From Felis catus (lineage: Eukaryota), in contig NC_058369.1 of NCBI RefSeq assembly GCF_018350175.1, positions 1,986,001-2,050,000 on the forward strand: a stretch of DNA of 64,000 nt, read 5' to 3'. The notes beneath the pieces were generated by a model. That model did not search any database and was not told the DNA's origin. It saw only the letters and a list, made by a program, of their open reading frames with translations. A program made the position numbers and the translations under genes. How positions within the stretch are numbered: the first letter of the stretch is position 1; every line of letters starts with the position of its first letter. Below, piece after piece: positions 1-13,476 of this stretch.

Positions 1-190
1 GTCCGACTTCAGCCAGGTCACGATCTCGTGGTTCGGGAGTTCGAGCCCCGCGTCAGGCTCTGGGCTGATGGCTCAGAGCCTGGAGCCTGTTTCCGATTCT
101 GTGTCTCCCTCTATCTCTGCCCCTCCCCCGTTCATGCTCTGTCTCTCTCTGTCCCAAAAATAAATAAACGTTGAAAAAGAAATTTAATAA
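1..190 (+). mobile_element. Can-SINE (SINEC_Fc type), cut by the window edge
   Basis: tRNA-derived head with GTTCGAG B-box, (CT)n, AATAAA and A tail. Confidence 0.95.
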
Positions 191-192
191 AA

Positions 193-2989
193 TCAATTTA
201 TTTCAATATTAGTTCATCCTAAGCACACACACATAAAATGACTTTCTAAAGCTGTCCCTTCACAGACTTGTCTGCAACATTCTTTTGCACTCAGAGTTTG
301 TCCTGAGATTTTTTTCTCTAAATAACCAGTCTCATTTTAGGAGAAAATTACTTTCTTTCACCTTAACAAAATGTATTCCCATCCCTCATATCTCCTACTC
401 TCTTAGATACAGACTTGCTTTCCCCATTCCGGTCAGTCTCCGTTACATTTAGAAGAATTGTACCTCTTAGAAACCTTAGTCTCCAGTGAAAACCAATTGA
501 GAACTGTCTATACACCAGGATTCTTTAGATGACAAATTTATGGACGCATTTCATAGTTTTTAGGAACATGCCTTTTTCATAGCACAGTCTTTAAATGAGT
601 CACAATGTATGTTTTCCAACAGATGCAGGTATCTTTAGTTTCTCTGCAATAAGAAGCCAAAAGCAGATGAAACTTATTTTTGCTAATTAACATGTTAGTA
701 TTTTATCTTATTGAGAAAAGACTTAGATGCCCAGTGAATTAAACCGAATTTATCATTGAACTTAGCAAAATTTCAAAGTTTCAGGTTATGAAAGATTTTG
801 AAAGCTATCTTAAAAATTACCCATGAGAACTTTCTGAGACAAAGTTAACCATGATTTTAACTCATCATTTATTTACAAACTGCAACAGAGCTTATTTGAC
901 CTTTAGTATAAAAGTTTTATATGTAATAAATATGTATGGATAACTCTAAAATCATGTCTTTTCGTTACATCAGCAACCTTAAATTAGCTTTAATATCAAA
1001 TGTATTCTGGGGCAGCTGGGTGGCTTAGTAGGTTAAGTGTCTGACTTTGGCTCAGGTCATGATCTTATGGTTCATGACTTCGAGCCCTGCCGTCGGGCTC
1101 TGTGCTGACAGCTCAGAGCCTGGAGCCTGCTTTGGATTCTGTGTCTCCCTCTCTCTTTGCCCCTCTCCTGCTCATGCTCTGTATCTCTCTCTCTCTCAAA
1201 AATAAACAAACATTAAAAATTTAAAAAAAATCAAATACGTTGCATCTGCGTCCACTAGGAGTCAATTTGTTGCCCACTGTTTGTTTGTTTTTTTTTTTAA
1301 CCTGGGATACCTATGGGAAAAATCTAAAGTTGGCCATTAAGTCCAGTAGAGCCCCTGTTCCTGTAGAGGCAGGGGAAAGCCAATGGGTGGAATAAAAGAG
1401 AGGTCATCTAGAATGTCTGAAGGGTCAGATGGACCATGTGTCTGAGGAAGACACATTCTGCAGTTTTTGTAGAGGTTGGGATTTGGGGACAGTGCCATGA
1501 ATATGAAGGCTTGCATGTATGGGACCTGTGAGCATTTGGAGGAGTTCTGGCAAAAGACTTCAAGTTGTGTATGGGGCCATATGTCTTGATCTGGGAGTTT
1601 GTATGAGGCCAGGACACATGACATGAAAGATGAGATGATTTTTCTCAGGTCTTGGGGTTCGTGTTTTATCCACTTTTTAAAAATACAGCCCAAAGGCGAG
1701 TATAGGAATAGAGGACTTCGTCCCATACTGGGAAAGATCTGCTGCTGATTCCCAAAGGGTTGTCCCACCAAGGGGAATGAGGCTGTGACTTGTGGTTGAG
1801 ATTTCAGTCAGGGTGTGCACTGTCCTGAAGAAGGACTGGGCCTTATGTCCTTACGTGGGGCACCTGACTTTACTGGGGGCATGCGATCAAGGAGAGTGTC
1901 ACAACAAATAGCAATAGAAATCTGTGCTGGGGTGTACCCTGCTCTAGGGAGAGACACACACCCGGTGGCCAACCTGGGTCAAAAAAAAAAGGGGAGGACT
2001 CAGCACTGAGACCTGTAGGAATGTGTTTCCCTGTAGATCAAGATGGCAGCTGGATACGTGGAAACAAAGGAATTAAGGAAAGGGTCTGAAAGAATAAGCC
2101 TGCTGAGACTCCACCAGCATTAGGAAAGGGTCCCAGCTGAGTCTGTAACATGTGGATTCACCCGGCTTGGGCTGCTGTTGCCAACTACACCACATATTGG
2201 GAGCAGACCTTGGGGGACAGGGTGAGAAAGCAGAGGAAAGGGGCCCTTCACCCTCATAGACATGGGCAGTCCAACCTATTCACTCTCACACCTTCAGACA
2301 GAGTGTGGAGCCACCCTGGCCTCTTTGTTTGAGGAGTACTAGGGTTAGACCTCTTGAAGGGTTAAAAGACAAAGGAGAGGAGAGAGGGATCGCTCTGAAG
2401 GCAAGAGGGGAAATCCCTCAGCCTGTTGGGCAAGGGGTGCCCCATAGACGCCCCCTGGGACTTGGGATCCTCACCGAGGAGGAACCTCAGGTGGAGGTTG
2501 TCAGGTGCCCAGAGAACACTTAGAGTCAGGCCACCAAGGGAAACTCCCAAGAAATTCCTAGGAAATCCCAGGAGAGGCCGAGTATAGCAGAGGGTCCCTG
2601 TGAAGGCCAACAAATGTGGGGTGACCCGATCAGGGGGAGGCCCGCAGCTCGGGGGGTGAGAGAATTCCCCCCAAGGCAGAACAGAGGAGATGGGAGTTTG
2701 CTGAATACCCTGCGAGGGAGCAGCGGGCAGGACGGTAAAGAAGAGACCATCTGCCGGGAGGCGGTGCTGGGGGCTACAGTTACGGGGTCACGAGGGAGCA
2801 TGGGAACCTTTGGAATGCTCCCTGTGTGGGACCTGTGCCCGGTTGTAAGTCGCAGGGGTTAGTTAGGGCCTGTGGCCATTTCGAGGCAGGTCACTCAGGA
2901 GCCCGTGTGCATTCAGCTGTGTGCTCACTGTGCCCTTTGCTGCGTGTCTTTCCATCACTCAGGCCTGTTGCCTAAAAACAGTCCATACG
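193..2989 (-). mobile_element. Class I ERV remnant in intron 1 of paralog A: internal sequence, decayed gag (~1337-1771), leader and 5' LTR (~2615-2989)
   Basis: Minus-strand translation SPLGCIFKKW...YKLPDQDIWP...QLEVFCQ...QVPYMQAF...NPNL resembles ERV1 Gag matrix; LTR homologous to 34614-34989, 58158-58535 and 54712-55090. Confidence 0.75.
1009..1230 (+). mobile_element. Can-SINE
   Basis: SINE head, (CT)n, A tail. Confidence 0.92.
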
Positions 2990-3625
2990 CTGTGACTCTT
3001 CCTCCTGTGTTAACGTGAGTGGTGGCCGTGTCCCCATCAATCCCTCAGGGACTCTTCCTTCTGGTGCCCTTTTCCTTGAATTCTGGGCCCTGGGTTAAAA
3101 GTTTGAGCGGCCCTGCTGACTTCCAAGTTTCTTAAGGCCCCGGACTCGTCTTACACATCAGGTGTGCCAGGCGCCCGGGCCCTGGCCTGTGTCCGTGCCC
3201 AGAGTCCACCTAATCCGGGGAAAGGGTCGTGTCTGCCTCTGTCGGAAGAGAGGAGACTCCACCAGGCTTCTTGACTTGTTCCTTTCAGGGCGAGAGCTCC
3301 TCACATCAAGCAGCCCTGGAATCTGAGTGTCCACAGCATCCTGATATTCTGGTTCCAGTTCTTGGAGCTGACGAGGCATAATCGTCTTAGAGCAAGCCAA
3401 GCGTGTGTCCTCCGGTCTGTGTGTTGTCCGAGTGAATATTTCAGTTTTCGGTCTGTACAGTACTGGTCTGCTCAGATCTGTCTCAGTGTAAATAACCCAG
3501 GAAATTGGGTGTGTGTAAGTCTATGTCAGCTGTTGTCCTCACCCTCTGTTGTGACTCAGGGGTCCTAGGAGTGGAGTGCAGCTCCCTGCCTGTCACCCTT
3601 TATTCTCCCACACATGTGGGTGTAG

Positions 3626-6203
<2,578 letters not shown>

Positions 6204-7008
6204 GCCACCCAATTATCGGTCATCAATGACCCTGAAGACTAAAGTTAGTGCCCATCTTCCAGATTGCTTGTTGTCCTTCAAATCCTCCCTCCCGCTGAGC
6301 TCTTCTCAGGGGCAGGCCAGCAGCCACACACATCACCCGACCTCTAATGGCAGCTGGGGCAGTGTAGGAAGGCTTCACCAAAGGCCTATGTGCCTTCAGA
6401 ACTGATCAACCCTTGGTTGGACCAGGTTCCGGACAAGGGATTGACATTTGGACCCATCCCCTAGAAACATGACTCTGTTTTTGAGAAGGGTGATATTTGT
6501 CATCGACCCGGCTTTCCTGTTGGACTTTTCATCCATCATACCCCATGTGGCCAGTCTTTCTGTCTTCCTATAGAGGTAGGGTGTGGATGTGTGTATCTTG
6601 CCCAGTTCCTTCCTACTTGGCTCTTCTGATAATTCTTAACTCCACATTAGTGTCCATCTAGTTTGAAGTATTTCTGAATGAACGGGCTGCCATTTCAGAC
6701 ACTTTCTCTATTATTGCCAAAGCCTCGAGTCACAAGGGTCCTCGGAATTTTTTGGTCACATGACCATTCTTCCTCATGAAGTTCATTTACATTTCGGGAT
6801 CAGTATATAAATAGAGATACATGGTCTGTTTTCTTACCTTACATATCAGATGATTTCCGAGAAATTCAATTAGACTCCCACTTCTTGTAGTTTCTCCCAG
6901 TCAAGGTAAAATGAGTGGATCAAAGACTGAGCGGAATTCTTTGCAGAATGAGCCTCTGAGTGAAAATACTAATGTTTACAAAAAATTATTCCTGTTCTGT
7001 GTTTGTAG

Positions 7009-7066
7009 AGAAGCAGAAATTTCACAGCAGTGGAGATTTGACCCGAATGCAGGAAGGGCTTTTGAG
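7009..7066 (+). CDS. ZNF77-like: Paralog A, spacer exon 3: in-frame 58-nt form. The longer form 6891-7066 (176 nt) is frameshifted
   Basis: tgtttgtag|AG AAG CAG...TTG AG|gtgagt links the phase-1 end of KRAB-A to the phase-2 start of the finger exon (EKQKFHSSGDLTRMQEGLLR). The upstream acceptor cttcttgtag at 6890 matches the paralog B exon start. Confidence 0.6.
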
Positions 7067-7485
7067 GTGAGTGACACTTGTAAGGGAGGAAGGGGGGGAT
7101 GTTGGCGATTGTGAGACTGATCTGAAATTAGAGAACAGTTGCAAACCTAGCGCAACAATCATGTAGTCGAAATTTTCACAAGACAAACCTTTATAAATGC
7201 ATTCTACCTATTGATCATCTGAAAAACAATTCAGTTGGAAAAAATGGTCAGGGAAAAGCATATGTAAGAAGCCCTGAATGTTATGACTCTATTTGAGTCC
7301 TCAGGGAGAACAGGAAGCTTGTTCCACTTTGGAACCTTGCACACAGTGCTAAAAACATACTCATTCATTGAGAATATCCATCATGTAACCCAATAATGAT
7401 TAACAAACATCAATAGATCATTAGGTAATAAAGAGATCACTTATAATCATTATTCCCTAACCATGTACCTTCCTATTTTGAACAG

Positions 7486-9184
7486 AAGTCCTTTGGTGGA
7501 GAGTGTCTGTGAACGTATTGAAGGAGATCCATGTGGAGAAACCCTGAACCCGATTACAAGTCTTACTGTGCATGAGGGCTGTCCCACTGGAGGCAAATCC
7601 TGTGAATGCGCTAAGTGTAGGGAAGCCCTCACAGATGGTTTTTTTCTAGGGACTCTGGGAAGATCTCACCCAGGACCCAAATCTAGTCCCTGTGAGGAAT
7701 GCGGGCCGGCCTGTAGCTCTGTCTCAAGCCTCAGCACTCAGGTGGGTGCAGACCTTGTAGAGAAACCCTATGAAGGTCAGGACACCGGGAGAGCATCAGA
7801 GACATACAGAAAGAGTCTGAGTAGTAAAAAATCTCTAGAGTGCAAGAAATGTGGAAAAGCTTTCACTTGCATTTCTTCTTTTCAGGGTCATGTGCAAAAT
7901 GACTGTGTACAGAGAGCCCATGCATGTGACGTGTGTGGGAAAGCCTTTATGTGTCACTCTGATCTTACACATCACGTGAGAACTCATACTGGGGAGAGAA
8001 CCTATCAATGTCAGGAGTGTGGGAAAGCCTTCCAGTGTAAGTCAGGCCTGCAGAAACATGTGAGGACTCACACTCCAGAGAAACTCTATAAATATCAGCC
8101 CTGTAGGAAATCCTTCCCTGGCCAGCAGTCCTTTCTAGTACCTAGGAGAAGACACACAGGGGACAGACACTTGGAATGTAAGGAGTGTGGGAAAACTTTC
8201 AAGAAGCATCTACAGTTTGAACGTCACATGACCACACACAATGTAATGAAACCCTATGAATGTCGGGAGTGTGGCAAAACCTTCAAGCATCACCCAGACC
8301 TGCGAGTACATATGAGGACACACACTGGGGAAAGACCCTATGAATGTAAGGAATGTGGGAAATCTTTCCGAAAGTATGAACATGTTAAACGTCACATGAC
8401 CACTCACAGTACTGTGAAACCCTATGAATGTAAGCAATGTGGCAGAGCCTTCCGGGATCACACAGACCTGCGAGTGCATATGAGGACACACACTGGGGAA
8501 AGACCATATGAATGTCAACAATGTGGGAAAGCCTTCAGATATCTTGGGAATCTGCGAGAGCATGTGACAATACACACGGGGGAGAGACCCTATGAATGTC
8601 AGGAGTGTGGGAAAGCCTTCAGGTATAACTCATGCCTGCGAGAACATGTGAGGAAACACACTGGGGAGAGACCCTATAAATGTCAGCACTGTGGAAAAGC
8701 CTTCATTCGACACCACACCCTCGTACTACATACTGCGAGAAGACACTCAGTGGGCGGACACTTGGAATGTAAGGAGTGTGGGGAAACTTTCAGGAAGCAT
8801 CAACCTTTTGAACATCACATGACCACACACAATGTAGTGAAACCCTATGAATGTCAGGAGTGTGGGAAAGCCTTCAGGTATCACAGAGACCTACGAATAC
8901 ATGCGTGGACACACACTGGGGAAAAACCCTGTAAATGTCAGCACTGTGGGAAAGCCTTCACATCTCCTTCGAACCTGGGAGCACACATGAGGACACATGC
9001 TGAGGAGAGACCTTTTGAGTGTATCGAGTGTGGGAAAGCTTTCCGTCAGCTGCAGAATTTTGAAAGTCATTTGAGAACACACAGCACCATTAAATCCTAT
9101 GAATGTAAGAAGTGTGGGAAGGTGTACAAGTTCCCCTCGTCTCTTCGAGCGCACATGAAGAAACACCCTGGGGAGAGACCTTGA
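7486..9184 (+). CDS. ZNF77-like: Paralog A, terminal zinc-finger exon: 14 intact C2H2 fingers plus degenerate ones. About 628 aa in total if joined to an ATG-only exon, KRAB-A and the 58-nt exon
   Basis: ORF 7463..9184; acceptor ttttgaacag at 7485; CX2C-X12-HX3H repeats with TGERPY linkers. The segment VEKP...KSLSSKKSLECKKCGKAF...HACDVCGKAFM recalls human ZNF77 (from memory). Confidence 0.92.
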
Positions 9185-9460
9185 CAAATCACTGCTCCCT
9201 TCAAGAACACGTGAGGCTGCACAGTGGACAGTAAGCCTCTGTATGTAAGGACTCTGGTAAGACCTTCCAGTGTCTCGTAGACGTGGGCAGAAGAACCTTA
9301 CGAATGATCGCTCTGTGGGAAAGCCTTCAGTTGTCCCTCTTCCCTTCGAGAACACACGTGCAAGCACAGTAATGTGAAACATTACACACTTAAGCACCAT
9401 GGAAAAGCCTGTCCGGGAATCTGTGAGCAAAGCCACACTGTAGGAAAGCATTTATTTTTC
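9185..9460 (+). other. Decayed zinc-finger repeats in the 3' UTR of paralog A
   Basis: tgtgggaaagccttc and catggaaaagcc finger motifs with stops and indels after the TGA; homologous to 39917-40098. Confidence 0.75.
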
Positions 9461-9468
9461 CTTCAAAT

Positions 9469-9667
9469 ATTTTTTTATGTTTATTTTTGAGACAGAGACA
9501 GAGCGTGAGCAGGGGAGGGGCTGAGAGAGAGGGAAACAGAATCTGAGGTAGGCTCCAGGCTCTGAGCTGTCAGCATAGAGCCAGATGTGGGGCTTGAACT
9601 CATGAACCGTGAGATCATGATTGAGCCAAAGTCAGATGCTCAAATGACTGAGCCACCCAGGCATCCC
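9469..9667 (-). mobile_element. Can-SINE in the 3' UTR region of paralog A
   Basis: Reverse SINE; TSD ~TCCTTCAAAT. Confidence 0.92.
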
Positions 9668-10280
9668 TCCTTTCAAATCTTCTTGAAAATGCGAGTCAGT
9701 ACAACGGAGATGATCCTGAATGCACACAATTTTGGGAAAACTTCAGGTATAGAACTTCATGTATTTTGTTCATGAAAATTCAGGCAGGAGAGAAATCTTT
9801 TCATTGTTGTGAATATGGCTTTGACTTTCCAGGTGCCTCTTCCTTGACTGGGATCCCAAGTGTATGAATTCCTAGTTCATCTCACTGATATGAACACTGA
9901 TGGTTTTAAGTGGCCTTCTTTGTCCTCTATATCTGTACAACCTAGATGTTACCTCAGACTTGAAGTAATCACATGGTTTTGTACAACATGTCTCTTTCCC
10001 ATTATAATGTCTTTTGGACCTAGAGGTGATAAAAATGTGTCTATTGTTGGTGTGTACTTAACACCTTTATATACTTTTACAAAAAAATGTCTTGAATTAT
10101 ATACATTCCAAAATGTTCTTCATAAGTTTTCATGATGTTAGACCCCTCATTGTTGAAAGGTCTTTTCTGTCCTCTGTTAACGGATACTGGAATTTCCTGA
10201 TTCTGTGTCTACTCGTCTTTTCAGTCTTTGTTATTAAAAGTTATATTTTCACATCAATTTTCTCATTTTCTTCAATTTTT

Positions 10281-10488
10281 AAAAAATTCAAAAACGTTTA
10301 TTTTTGAGATCGGGTGAGAGAGAGAGCGCACAAGCGGGGGAGAGGCAGAGAGAGAGAGAGGGATACACGGAATCTGAAGTAGGCTTCAGCCTCCGAGCTG
10401 TCAGCACAGAGTCCAACGCGGGGCTTGAACTTACAAACCTCAAGATCATGACTTGGACACTTAACCCGCTGAGTCACCTGGGCACCCC
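10281..10488 (-). mobile_element. Can-SINE
   Basis: Reverse SINE; TSD TTTTCTTCAATTTTT. Confidence 0.92.
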
Positions 10489-10513
10489 TTTTTCTTCAAT
10501 TTTTAAAGTTCAA

Positions 10514-10723
10514 GGGGCGCCTGGGTGGCGCAGTCGGTTAAGCGTCCGACTTCAGCCAGGTCACGAGCTCGCGCTCCGTGAGTTCGAGCCCCGCGTCGGG
10601 CTCCGGGCTGATGGCTCAGAGCCTGGAGCCTGTTTCCGATTCTGTGTCTCCCTCTCTCTCTGCCCCTCCCCCGTTCATGCTCTGTCTCTCTCAGTCCCCA
10701 AAATAAACGTTGGAAAAAAAAAA
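10514..10723 (+). mobile_element. Young Can-SINE (SINEC_Fc type)
   Basis: CpG-rich, little-diverged copy; TSD TAAAGTTC. Confidence 0.95.
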
Positions 10724-10806
10724 TAAAGTTCTGATATTGGTTTATCTTTCTGGCACTAGTTCTTAGATTGATTTTGTTCCAAATTATGACCTAGAAGAAC
10801 ATCCCT

Positions 10807-11219
10807 TGTGCAGTTATTTCTTGAGAGTGGATTGCAAGGCCTGGGAAAGTGAATGGGGTAAATGCTGAAACATCAGCGATGTTCTGGGCTCAAGGCTGTC
10901 CACCGATAGCCCTGTGAGATCCAGAGTCCCATGATCTCCCAGGAGCCAGTTCGGGAACAGACCCACTGTAGTCGTCTGGCAGTCTTCAAAACCGCACATC
11001 TTCCCTACGTGCTTTCATGTAAACACCGGATGTGTGTGTGGTCCATGTCCGGAGGCTCTTTGTGTTTTCCTCCCGTGCTTTGACGTTCTTTGGTGTTTAT
11101 TCCTGGCGAACAGGAAATAAAGACTATGCAGTTCGCTCCTGGTGCTGTTTTGCCGGCAGAGAGAGCCCTGCACGTCCACTCCGACTAAGTGAGAACTTTT
11201 TCTTCAGTGCGCGGGGACA
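10807..11219 (+). mobile_element. Solo LTR (413 bp) with 5-bp TSD
   Basis: TG...CA ends, TCCCT on both sides, internal AATAAA; empty site gaagaacatccctttggacc in paralog B near 40811-40830. Confidence 0.85.
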
Positions 11220-11652
11220 TCCCTTTGGACCATGACTCAGGTGTGCCTGCTTATTTCCGAAAGCAGTGATTGTGGTGGAAATACCAGTGGGGTGCTTTCC
11301 TCTGGCCCCCAGGGGGTGTCTGGAAAGACCAGTACCCTTGATATCAGCCAGATCAGTCGACCAAAATATGGTATTTGGTAAATTCTGGACATAGGAGCCC
11401 CTTCGGTTTTATCCTTAATAGAGGTAAGAAAAAAACCCAAAAAACCAAGAACAAAAACAAAAAAACCCTTGCTGTTTCCATAATGTTCCACAGTTCTGAG
11501 GCACCCCAAAGTCATTCCAACTATGGGACGAAATGCATGCGGTTTTACCCTTGACTATGATATTTGGTCATGTAATGGTATGTAACATCCTATGGGGCTG
11601 GACATTCAAAGGGAAAAGTATTGCCACCTTGGTACCTTTAAAAGGATTTGCA

Positions 11653-11772
11653 GGGCACTTGGCTGACTCGGTCAGTAGAGCATGTAATTCTTAGTCTTGG
11701 ACTTGTGGGTTTTTGCCCCACACTGGGTGTAGAGGTAATGTAAAAAAATAATAAAATGGAATTAAAAAAAAA
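11653..11772 (+). mobile_element. Old short Can-SINE, shared with paralog B (41464-41592)
   Basis: SINE head and A tail; TSD AAAGGATTTGCA. Confidence 0.75.
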
Positions 11773-13430
11773 AAAGGATTTGCAAAAGCATACCCAACCT
11801 AATATTTACTGTTTTCCTCCTTAAAAAAAAAAAAAATCAGTAAACTATGAAAAATCTTTATTGTTTAGAGGAGTGGCATGTAAAATGCCATGGGGAATCA
11901 AAAGGGGACGGGTCAGCATTAAGCTGTCATGAGTTTTCTTTGGATCCAAATGTGGTCTGAAGAATGTGCTCTCAGTGGCAGTGCATGCCAGTAGCCAATA
12001 GGGCTTAAGAACAACAGAGCTTGGAGGGATAAAGATGTTATTTATTGCTGAGACGTCTTGGACAGACATCCGTTATCATCCGTTAGGTTCTGCCAAGTGA
12101 AAGAGGCACTACAGGAAACCGTATAGGGGATTCTGAGCACCTGAGCCTTCTGTTCTTAGGATGGGCCTGATGCCCTGAAGAGCCTCTTTATTTGTAGTAT
12201 ATTGTCTCATTCCATTCTGCCAGGAGGGTTTGAAAAATACAATTTTATATTCATAGCAGCTACACTGCGATTCTGCCAATATCAGTTGAGGATGCTTCCC
12301 AGAAAGACGATGGTAGGTGATCCAGTTGAAAGAAATGGTTAGCGTCCCCAGATTCCACCCTAGTGCCTCAGAGATAGAGCTGATAAAATGTGTTCAAGGG
12401 TCATTTGATCTCCCTGGTTGGTTAATGTGATTACTACTGTCAAAGTTTAGAATTATGTCTCCCTTTTGGAGGAAAGAAATTCTGTCATGATCCTGTTCTA
12501 AGAAATCTCTGCCTAATACGTGAATAGAGGAGGAAGAAAGGAGAAAAAGATGGTGAGTTTCTCACAAATGTCCTGGACAAAAGGAATAGGCTCACAGACA
12601 GGAATTTGTTCAGATTTTTTTTTAGACACCCCCCCCCCAAAAAAAAAATACTGGAACTATATTAATCCTTCCAGGCAGGGGCTGCATTACAGCAGGGGTT
12701 TGGGGACCAAGAGTGTACTTCTGGTGTCAACAAGGACAGAGATTCATTCCCAATGTGCAAGTGGTTCCACAAGCTGATTAAGACGGACAGCTGGGAAGAG
12801 CCCCTGTGGTTCCCTGGAGCCCTGTCACTGGGAATGAGGAGGATGTCAGAAAGACCAGGTGGAGGGATGCAGGTGGATGGAGTGCTTACATTTGAAGAAG
12901 ATTTCTTCCAAAATCCTGGCTCTTTGTAATAATACCAGAAGCTACACTTTTTAAAATTTTTGTGTGGAGAGATTTCATATGCTGTCAGTAAAAAGTGAGA
13001 CTTTTCTTATTTTATTTTTAAATTTATATCCAAGCTAGTTAGCATATAGTGCAATAATGGTTTCAGGAATAGAATCCAGTGATTCATCCCCTACATATAA
13101 TACCCAGTGCTCATCCCAACAGGTGTCCTCGTTAATGCCCCTTGCCCATTTAGCCCACTCCCCCTCCCACAACCCTCTCCAGCAACCCTCAGTTTGTTCT
13201 CTATATTTAAGAGTCTTTTATGTTTTCCCCCTCCCTCTTTTTATATTATTTTTGCTTCCCTTCCCCTATGTTCATCTGTTTAGTATCTTAAATTCCACAT
13301 ATGAGTGAAGTCATACGATATTTCTCTTTCTCTGTCTGACTGATTTTGCTTAGCATAACAGCCTGTAGTTCCATCTATGTTGTTCCAAATGGCAAGATTT
13401 CATTCTTTTTGACTGCTGAGTAATCTCCAT

Positions 13431-13476
13431 TGTATGTATGTATGTATGTATGTATGTATGTATGTATGTATGTATA
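13431..13476. repeat. (TATG)n microsatellite within the L1
   Basis: About 11 tandem units. Confidence 0.95.

Larger units (their letters stand above)
10730..13002 (-). mobile_element. ERV internal remnant downstream of paralog A, related to 40740-42070 and 48650-50500
   Basis: Three diverged homologous blocks; the third is linked to a PBS-like site and an LTR at 52659-53190. Confidence 0.55.

Noticed and set aside
1337..1771. gag ORF as a domesticated gene
   Set aside because: Short, with internal deletions and frameshifts relative to ERV1 Gag motifs; treated as a fossil
7463..7485. ATG at 7463 as the true start
   Set aside because: Lies in the polypyrimidine tract upstream of the 7485 acceptor; this family starts at an ATG-only exon
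8210..9451. Minus-strand ORFs of 121 and 186 aa
   Set aside because: Antisense shadows of the zinc-finger repeats
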